Positions 40,417 to 46,918 of a stretch of 59,572 bases of DNA are shown piece by piece. The stretch is from Pontimonas sp. (GTDB taxonomy: Bacteria > Actinomycetota > Actinomycetes > Actinomycetales > Microbacteriaceae). The notes beneath the pieces were generated by a model. It saw only the letters and a program-made list of their open reading frames with translations. It had not been told where the DNA came from and did not search any database. Within the stretch, counting starts at the first letter, position 1. Each line of letters begins with the position of its first letter. The DNA is taken from NCBI GenBank assembly GCA_044237205.1, contig JBIIFP010000001.1, forward strand, positions 1 through 59,572, in the 5' to 3' direction. The translations under genes and the position numbers were made by a program.

Positions 40417-41351
40417 AACCTCTCAGGAATTTCGGCTGATTTCCCAGGGCGCTGCTGGCCTCGCTTGGACTTGCGGACATAGGCATCGCGGCGGCGTGAC
40501 GCCAGATAACTACCAATTGCGACGAGTGGTAACCCGACCACCATTCCCAATGTGAGGGGTTCCGCCAAGAAGACCACACCGAGCAAGAGCGCTACCGCGA
40601 GGTTCACATACGTGAGGAGACTCGCGCGAGCGGGCCCAATTTCTCTGATCAAGGAAAAGAACAGAACAAAAGCGAGCGCCGAGCACGCTAGCCCTAGAAC
40701 CAAAACGGACCCCCAGGCCTCCAGTGAGGGGATTGCAGCAATATCAGCCGGGAGCGTGAAGGCAGCAAAGGGCGCATAGATGAGGGTGACCATCGTCAAC
40801 GACACCGCGATGACACCGAGGGTTGGGACATCACCCGCCATGCGGTTTACGACGATCGGAGCAACCGCATAGCCCACCGCAGAGGCCAAAACCATCAAGA
40901 CCGGGGTGAGGCCCACCAATCCCGAGAAGACATCAAGGCCAACAAGGGAGACCACTCCAGAGAAGCCAATAACGAGACCCAACACAGTGATCGGGTGCCA
41001 CGCTGATTTGTCACCCAACAGTCCTACAAAGAACGCTGCAATAAAGGGCACCGTCGTAATCAATAGGCCAGCGAGGCTCGAGGAAATACTCCGCTCAGCC
41101 TCAGTAATCAGCCACCATGGCCCCACGATCTCCAGGAGTGCGAAGGCGAGGACCCACGGCCATGCCTCAAGAGTTCGGCGCAACATTCCTTTTTTCCACG
41201 CGATTGGCAATAGAACGAGCGTTCCCAGGAAAACCCGAAGGAAGACAATGCTCACCGTCTCGAAGTGTTCAAGCGCCAGAGCAATGAAGAAATAGGGTGT
41301 GCCCCAAATCACTCCGATGGAGAGAAAAAGAAGCAGGGCTCGACGTGACAC
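40413..41351 (-). CDS. DMT/EamA family transporter
   Basis: IWGTPY, 10-TM pattern, GPARAS..Y. Confidence 0.88.
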   Translation of the reverse strand: MSRRALLLFLSIGVIWGTPYFFIALALEHFETVSIVFLRVFLGTLVLLPIAWKKGMLRRTLEAWPWVLAFALLEIVGPWWLITEAERSISSSLAGLLITTVPFIAAFFVGLLGDKSAWHPITVLGLVIGFSGVVSLVGLDVFSGLVGLTPVLMVLASAVGYAVAPIVVNRMAGDVPTLGVIAVSLTMVTLIYAPFAAFTLPADIAAIPSLEAWGSVLVLGLACSALAFVLFFSLIREIGPARASLLTYVNLAVALLLGVVFLAEPLTLGMVVGLPLVAIGSYLASRRRDAYVRKSKRGQQRPGKSAEIPERF

Positions 41352-41464
41352 CAGATCAGCGTAGTCGAAGTGCAGGGTCTAAAGACACGGACTCACCCCC
41401 GTTACTGGGCGGTGGTGCTCGGAAAACTGAGCCTTAGACTGTGCCTGCGCCAAGAGAGGCAAAA

Positions 41465-42112
41465 GTGGTCGATTTCACAGTGCTGGTGGGCTTTATCGCC
41501 GCTTCTCTCGTCATTATTCTCTCGCCAGGCGCCGACACTTTCCTGCTTCTTCGCTATGCCATCCGAGGCGGTCGAGCAGCAGGATTCAGTGCGATGTTCG
41601 GCATTCTTACTGGGCTCAGCTTGATTTCGTTACTGCTCATTTCCGGGATTGGGTTACTGGTGAGCCAGTACCCTCTTGCTCTCGATGTTCTCACTCTTGC
41701 GGGTATTGGGGTTCTAGTGGTTCTTGCGCTCATTAGTGCGCGGTCTGCTTTCAGGCTTCTGAAGGCGCTCTCAGAGCCCGAGAGTCCCTCAACCGTCGGC
41801 CTCACACCTAGTTTCAAGGCCGGGGAACCATTCCGGATGTCCCTCATCACCAATGTGACGAACCCGAAGGTGCTGATCTTTTACCTAGCGTTCTTCCCGC
41901 AGTTTCTGGGAAACGCAACCAGTGTGGTCTGGCAGCTCACCCTGCTGAGCGTCGCGTTCTTAGTCGTGACTGTCGTTTGGCTTGTTCCGCTGGTGTTCGC
42001 CGCATCGGCGGCGTCAGCGTTCTTTTCCCGCCCCAGAGTGGCCATAGCTATGGAATTTAGTGTGGCAGGGGTGTTTTTACTCTTGGCTATCCTCTTGGCG
42101 ATTACCGCCTGA
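41465..42112 (+). CDS. LysE/RhtB family translocator
   Basis: SPGAD and NPKVLIFY..FPQF motifs. Confidence 0.88.
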   Translation: MVDFTVLVGFIAASLVIILSPGADTFLLLRYAIRGGRAAGFSAMFGILTGLSLISLLLISGIGLLVSQYPLALDVLTLAGIGVLVVLALISARSAFRLLKALSEPESPSTVGLTPSFKAGEPFRMSLITNVTNPKVLIFYLAFFPQFLGNATSVVWQLTLLSVAFLVVTVVWLVPLVFAASAASAFFSRPRVAIAMEFSVAGVFLLLAILLAITA

Positions 42113-42125
42113 CAGAGACACAAAA

Positions 42126-42521
42126 CTATTCCTGAACCTCGGTGACCTTTTCCCACATCTTGGCCATGACCCACCACTGGCCATCGAGATACACAATGTT
42201 GAGATAGTCCTGCATCACACCGCCAAACATCTCTAACTGCATCCTCAAAAGCGCGAGTGTTTCAGATATCTGGTCAAAACTCAGCACCATATCCCTGCGT
42301 TGGTTGCCCAACTGGGCGGGAGACTGGCGTGTCGCGACCGCTTCGCGGTACGCAGCGTAAGGGCGAATGTTGATCTGACCGTCGACTACGCCGTAAAGCA
42401 CTGAATCAGGATGAAATACCCGGTCGAAGATCTCCATGTCTTGTTCATGCATGAGGTCGAAGTAATCATCGACCAGCTGACGAACGGCAGGGTCCAACGC
42501 AACGCGATCTATGGCTGTCAT
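42126..42521 (-). CDS. NTF2-like (putative lumazine-binding) protein
   Basis: YFD..VFHP, DYL..DGQW.V.AK. Confidence 0.8.
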   Translation of the reverse strand: MTAIDRVALDPAVRQLVDDYFDLMHEQDMEIFDRVFHPDSVLYGVVDGQINIRPYAAYREAVATRQSPAQLGNQRRDMVLSFDQISETLALLRMQLEMFGGVMQDYLNIVYLDGQWWVMAKMWEKVTEVQE

Positions 42522-42569
42522 TTCTTCAGCTTATTAGACTGCCGCCTCGTGAAAAATTACAGACGTGCA

Positions 42570-42884
42570 TCACTCGACCGCGTAAACGCGGCGGAATAGG
42601 GCAGTTTCTCCTGCCTGAGGGAAGCACTCAACCGTCACGTTGGTGAGGCCGCGATCAACAATTTCGAGGCTCTTCCCCACCCCGAGGAGCCGTGTGACTG
42701 AGGTTGCAAGATGGTCGATGACGCGCTCGCTGAAGGTTGACTCGTGGCAAACAATCGCTACTCGATCAAAGGACGGCGACAGTTCCCAGGAGACAATAAC
42801 CCTCTGGTTATTAATGGTCGCCACATCGAGCTTGCCTTCCAAAGTCTTCCTAAATTGGCGCCGAACTGCGGGGTCCGCTGCCAT
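42570..42884 (-). CDS. hypothetical protein
   Basis: 104-aa ORF starting 2 nt after the upstream stop; no recognised motif. Confidence 0.55.
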   Translation of the reverse strand: MAADPAVRRQFRKTLEGKLDVATINNQRVIVSWELSPSFDRVAIVCHESTFSERVIDHLATSVTRLLGVGKSLEIVDRGLTNVTVECFPQAGETALFRRVYAVE

Positions 42885-42886
42885 TC

Positions 42887-43102
42887 TTAGTCAATCACCG
42901 CCACAACAGCAACCAGTGCCTCAGGCACGTAGTGGAGCACAACCAGCGCGGCTCCGACAAGACCGAATGACAGAAAGCTGCCAGCAACGAAACCCATTCT
43001 CCGGGCGCGTTTTCTTGCCCGCGTCACCTCAACCTCATAAGATTCGGGCTCAAGTCGACGCAAACGCTGCGTCAGATAGGCCCCATGGTCGAACTCTTCC
43101 AC
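42887..43102 (-). CDS. hypothetical small membrane protein
   Basis: 71 aa, basic patch then TM; AAGGGG RBS-like site. Confidence 0.55.
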   Translation of the reverse strand: MEEFDHGAYLTQRLRRLEPESYEVEVTRARKRARRMGFVAGSFLSFGLVGAALVVLHYVPEALVAVVAVID

Positions 43103-43259
43103 CCAGCCCCTTTCGACACGAGTGGCTATTTTGTCACCCTAGCGTGACAGTTTAGGAAACAGGCAGGCGGAAAGTAACTCACTTAAGCCACTAAAACTTT
43201 AGCCACTTTAGTCCGTGCAGTGCCTCAGCCCCTAGCAGAAGGGCTCGCGACCTCGACGA

Positions 43260-43463
43260 TTAGCGCTGCGCGCGGAAATAGGCGACCAGCGCGTTCGCGT
43301 GGCCGTGGCCCAAACCATGCTGTTGCTTCAAGACCTCAACCATGGACATATGCGCTTTGTCGGCGTGGGTAGCTAGCACGTCGAACCAATGGGCCACCGG
43401 GAACCCATATTTCGCCTCAATCGACGGGAAATAGCTTTGCGGCCCCTTGACGCTGTCGCTCAC
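43260..43463 (-). CDS. DUF4287 family protein
   Basis: KGPQSYFPSIEAKYG..HGLGHGHANALV. Confidence 0.88.
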   Translation of the reverse strand: MSDSVKGPQSYFPSIEAKYGFPVAHWFDVLATHADKAHMSMVEVLKQQHGLGHGHANALVAYFRAQR

Positions 43464-43506
43464 GAAGGCCAATTTACCACCAGGGGAAAACCGCATCAAC
43501 CGGCAA

Positions 43507-44397
43507 TCATCGCTGGCGCGGCGTTAGCCTTCCCTGAACGAGCAGGGCTGACAGCACAATCAAGCCCCCGCCAACCACTTGTTCGATGGAAAGGTCTTCA
43601 CGGAGGAAAATAACCCCTATCGCAACTGCCACAACAGGAGTGATGTAAGTCACCGAAGAAGCGACAACACTTCCCGCCAGTTCAATATTTCTGTAGTTCC
43701 AGACATACGCTATGCCGGTTCCGAGGACTCCCAGCACGGCAATCCCCACCACCGCCTGCGTCGTGAGCGCAGAATGGGTCATCCCCCAGATCAAAGCGGG
43801 CGGTGCTGTGATGATTGCAGACGCACAAACCTGCGCTGCTGCCAGCACGTAGGGGCTGTAAGGCAGGGGGGACACAAAACGCTTGGCATACGGCATGGCG
43901 AATCCGTAGGACAGAGTCGCCAACAAGAGCGTAAGGACCCCGACGACTGAAGCAGTTCCCCCTGTTGAGAAGATCTCCATAACGAGCAAAATTCCCGCGA
44001 AGCCCAAAAAGATTCCCGCCACTTGGCTGGTGGTTGGGAACTGCTCCCGGAAGAACACCGAAACCACAAGAACCGTCATCAGTGGTGTTGTCGCGTTTAT
44101 GACACCTGAAACAGAACTGCTCACGCTTTGTTGCCCCAGCGCAAAGAGAAACCCTGGTGCTGAGTTCAAGAGGACAGCGACGACTGCAATGTGAAACCAA
44201 TGCCCAACAGAACGGGGAAGCTTCTGTCTCAAAACGATCACCACCACGAGCAATGAGGCTCCACCCAGCAAACCCCGAAGAAACGCAATACCGATGGGCG
44301 TGAAGGACTCAAGCGCAAGCTCGATGAAAAGAAAAGACGACCCCCACACGATTCCAAGCGCGATAAAACCTGGCAACCAAGGCTTCAGCTTCATCAC
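43507..44397 (-). CDS. DMT/EamA family transporter
   Basis: VWGSSFLF, NATTP, TYITPVVA. Confidence 0.88.
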   Translation of the reverse strand: MMKLKPWLPGFIALGIVWGSSFLFIELALESFTPIGIAFLRGLLGGASLLVVVIVLRQKLPRSVGHWFHIAVVAVLLNSAPGFLFALGQQSVSSSVSGVINATTPLMTVLVVSVFFREQFPTTSQVAGIFLGFAGILLVMEIFSTGGTASVVGVLTLLLATLSYGFAMPYAKRFVSPLPYSPYVLAAAQVCASAIITAPPALIWGMTHSALTTQAVVGIAVLGVLGTGIAYVWNYRNIELAGSVVASSVTYITPVVAVAIGVIFLREDLSIEQVVGGGLIVLSALLVQGRLTPRQR

Positions 44398-44753
44398 GCC
44401 ACCCCCTGGCCGCGCTCAACGAGTCGGCGAGGCGAAAACCCAGTAACCAAGTGGGTAATTCGTTCGAGCTGCCTCCGGGAAAGGGAGAGTTGCCCGGCAA
44501 GCTCAGCGACAGTCATCCAGGGCTTTTCCTGACTGATGCGGAGGAACTTATGCACGGTTTCGCGTTGGAACTGCGACAGTCCGCTCTCGGAAAGGTCTGG
44601 CCGACACCGTTTACACGCCCTAAAACCAGCTTCTTTGGCCTCGCTAGCGTGCTGAAACTGCACAACATTCGCGGGGTTGGGTGTTCGAGACGGACAGCCA
44701 ACCCGGCAAAAAATGTTGGTGGTGCGAACGCCGTAAAGGGGAGCGACTGCCAT
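44394..44753 (-). CDS. Ada Zn-binding domain + AraC-type HTH protein
   Basis: TTNIFCRVGCPSR..GFRACKRC; LSRRQLER..GFSP. Confidence 0.88.
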   Translation of the reverse strand: MAVAPLYGVRTTNIFCRVGCPSRTPNPANVVQFQHASEAKEAGFRACKRCRPDLSESGLSQFQRETVHKFLRISQEKPWMTVAELAGQLSLSRRQLERITHLVTGFSPRRLVERGQGVA

Positions 44754-44841
44754 GAAGAAAGTCTGTCAGTTCTCTGACGAGACTGGCGAGGAATCTGCGA
44801 CATCTAATTCTTCGCGGTAAACAGAGCGACGGTCCGAGAGA

Positions 44842-44925
44842 GTGGAGCCTAGTTGAATCCCCTTGGGCTTAGATCCTCTTGTTTGAGCTTCTGTTTTTCG
44901 AGATTACAACTAAAAATTACAACTA
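44842..44925. repeat. att-like repeat copy A: tRNA-Ala 3'-end core + ATTACAAC direct repeats
   Basis: GTGGAGCCTAG-N28-GTTTGAG..CTGTTTT..ATTACAAC-N5-ATTACAACTA; aligns ungapped with 45332-45415. Confidence 0.8.
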
Positions 44926-44985
44926 CCGCGTCGACATTTATTGGCAACATAGGAACCGTAACGGCCGATTGCTAAGCTGAAATCC

Positions 44986-45324
44986 ATGAACGAGACCACC
45001 TTCATTCCCGGCAGTTATTACAACGCCAATTACACCGCTGAGCAGACTAACCATTTCACCCAAGTTTTTTCCGAAATCACTCAACGGATGATTTCTGCGT
45101 TAGGCGAAGGTCTCTCACCTAGCTCTGAAGCCGTGCAAGAAGCAGTGCGGGATCATTACGAGTTTGTACTTCAATTTTGGACACCTGATCGCGAAAGTTA
45201 CAAGAGCCTGGCAATGAACTACATTTTGCCCACCGAGTTCAACCAACACTACGAGGGTCAAGCAACTGGCTTGGGTCAATACATCTACAACGCGGTCTGC
45301 GTGTTTGCCGACGAGAATCTGTAG
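44986..45324 (+). CDS. stand-alone TipAS antibiotic-recognition domain protein
   Basis: PSSEAVQEAVRDHY..FW.P..ESY..L..Y...F..HY...GL..YI..A; no MerR HTH. Confidence 0.8.
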   Translation: MNETTFIPGSYYNANYTAEQTNHFTQVFSEITQRMISALGEGLSPSSEAVQEAVRDHYEFVLQFWTPDRESYKSLAMNYILPTEFNQHYEGQATGLGQYIYNAVCVFADENL

Positions 45325-45331
45325 TTTTTTG

Positions 45332-45415
45332 GTGGAGCCTAGATGGCTCACAAACCCTGCACATCGCTTTGTTTGAGGGGCTGTTTTCGGAAATTACAAC
45401 AATAAATTACAACTA
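45332..45415. repeat. att-like repeat copy B: tRNA-Ala 3'-end core + ATTACAAC direct repeats
   Basis: Same layout as copy A, 490 bp away; the minus strand reads CTAGGCTCCACCA. Confidence 0.8.
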
Positions 45416-45431
45416 TTTGATGGGTTTTTGT

Positions 45432-45453
45432 GCGCGGAGAATGCTTGATTCGA
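45432..45453 (-). repeat. tRNA-3'-end-like direct repeat (Ser-like), copy 1
   Basis: GCGCGGAGAATGcttGATTCGA; 19/22 identical to 46237-46258. Confidence 0.7.
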
Positions 45454-45518
45454 ACTACCCCTCTTTTACCCGCCTGAAGACTGGCGTTAGAGTCTGCCAA
45501 ATCGTTTTCTACGCCATA

Positions 45519-46211
45519 TTAGGAAAGCGCGAACTCGGCGGCGGCGGCAGAATGTAGAGACGTGGTTGCAAAGTAAGCCACACCTAGGTCTTCTGCTCTG
45601 ACAAGAAGTTCAATCTCTGTGCAACCTGCAATCACGCCCTCAACGCCAAGTTCAGTGAACTTGGAAATCACGTCCATAAAGTAACTTCTGGAACTGGATT
45701 TGATGATCCCGCGCACCAACTCTTCGAATATCACGCGATGGATTTCATCCCTCTGTGTCTCGCTTGGAGTTATGACTTCGAGCCCAAAGTTTTCAGTCAA
45801 CCGACCTTTGTAAAAGTCTTTTTCCATTGTGTATTTTGTGCCAAGAAGCAGAACTTTCTTTAGGCGCTTATCCGCAACGGCTTGCCCGGTGGCATCTGCA
45901 ATATGAAGAAAAGGTATTGATATTTCTCTCTGAATGTAATCAGCCAAGACATGCATCGTGTTGGTGCACAATACGACTGCCTCCGCGCCGGCTTTCTCTA
46001 GGTTCTTGGCTGCATGTGCCAGCAAAGCACCTGCTTCATCCCACTTACCGGCTGACTGTAAAGCCTCAATGTCAGAAAAGTTGAAAGAGCGAATAATCAG
46101 GTCTGCTGAACTGGTGCCACCAAGTTGACTGCGAACAACCTGGTTGATATGGCGTTCATACTCGATGGACGACTCCCAGGACATTCCTCCAAGTAATCCA
46201 AGTATTTTCAT
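45519..46211 (-). CDS. aspartate/glutamate racemase family protein (YgeA/RacX-like)
   Basis: GLLGGMSWES, CTNTMH, GCTEI motifs; visibly more AT-rich than neighbours. Confidence 0.92.
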   Translation of the reverse strand: MKILGLLGGMSWESSIEYERHINQVVRSQLGGTSSADLIIRSFNFSDIEALQSAGKWDEAGALLAHAAKNLEKAGAEAVVLCTNTMHVLADYIQREISIPFLHIADATGQAVADKRLKKVLLLGTKYTMEKDFYKGRLTENFGLEVITPSETQRDEIHRVIFEELVRGIIKSSSRSYFMDVISKFTELGVEGVIAGCTEIELLVRAEDLGVAYFATTSLHSAAAAEFALS

Positions 46212-46236
46212 AGTGGAAGACTAACAATGCTTTTCA

Positions 46237-46262
46237 GCGCGGAGAATGGGGGATTCGACCCC
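46237..46262 (-). repeat. tRNA-3'-end-like direct repeat (Ser-like), copy 2
   Basis: Minus strand GGGGTCGAATCCCCCATTCTCCGCGC resembles a T-arm + acceptor 3' strand with G discriminator. Confidence 0.7.
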
Positions 46263-46289
46263 TTGCCAATTCATTTCTAAGTTTTCCTG

Positions 46290-46362
46290 TGGAGCCTAGG
46301 GGAATCGAACCCCTGACCTCCTGCTTGCAAAGCAGGCGCTCTACCAATTGAGCTAAGGCCCC
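46290..46362 (-). tRNA. tRNA-Ala(TGC)
   Basis: GGGGCCTTAGCTCAATTGGTAGAGCGCCTGCTTTGCAAGCAGG...GGTTCGATTCCCCTAGGCTCCA; G3:U70 pair. Confidence 0.97.
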
Positions 46363-46387
46363 TCATTTTTAGTTATGTGGTCTTGCG

Positions 46388-46461
46388 TGGGGCTACCAGG
46401 ACTTGAACCTGGGACCTCTTCGTTATCAGCGAAGCGCTCTAACCACCTGAGCTATAGCCCC
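46388..46461 (-). tRNA. tRNA-Ile(GAT)
   Basis: GGGGCTA acceptor, CTTCG-CTGATAA-CGAAG anticodon arm, GGTTCAAGTCC. Confidence 0.97.
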
Positions 46462-46510
46462 GAAGACCGAATACGACATTAGCGTAAGGAGGCCGTCTGC
46501 TCCCAATCGG

Positions 46511-46918
46511 CTAGGTGTTAGTGAACCCCACGGTCAATCCCCCGGTGAACCGCGCGATGGCGTTGTACAACACTGCGCCCACCGATCCAAGGACCGTGAG
46601 CGACACCACGTTGATCAATGCGCCCACAAAAGCCAGAAGCAGCACCTGGCCAAACTCCAGCAGGGCCAGGATTCCGCCCCCACCATCGCCAAGGATGTCA
46701 CCAATGACACCCTCCAGAGCACCGATGACACCCACCGCGCTCAGCAACAACCAACTCAGAATCACCGTCAAGAAGACAGCTACTGAGATGGCCACAGCGA
46801 CCATGGCGGAAACCTTAACTGCCGACCAGAGGTCAATGTAGACAAGGTCCAGCCGGACCTGCTTGGCCGTCGCCACTGAGGCTTTTCTAGTGGGGGTTTC
46901 TGTCTCAGGAGTCGTCAT
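46511..46918 (-). CDS. DUF3566 membrane protein
   Basis: [25 protein letters not shown]; follows gyrA. Confidence 0.88.
   Translation of the reverse strand: MTTPETETPTRKASVATAKQVRLDLVYIDLWSAVKVSAMVAVAISVAVFLTVILSWLLLSAVGVIGALEGVIGDILGDGGGGILALLEFGQVLLLAFVGALINVVSLTVLGSVGAVLYNAIARFTGGLTVGFTNT

Noticed and set aside
44842-45415. Repeat-spacer-repeat pattern as a CRISPR array
   Set aside because: Only two diverged copies 490 bp apart with a gene between them, and no cas genes; the tRNA-end identity explains it better.
46237-46262. A fourth complete tRNA gene
   Set aside because: Only a T-arm/acceptor fragment; no D or anticodon arm fits in the 27 bp before tRNA-Ala.
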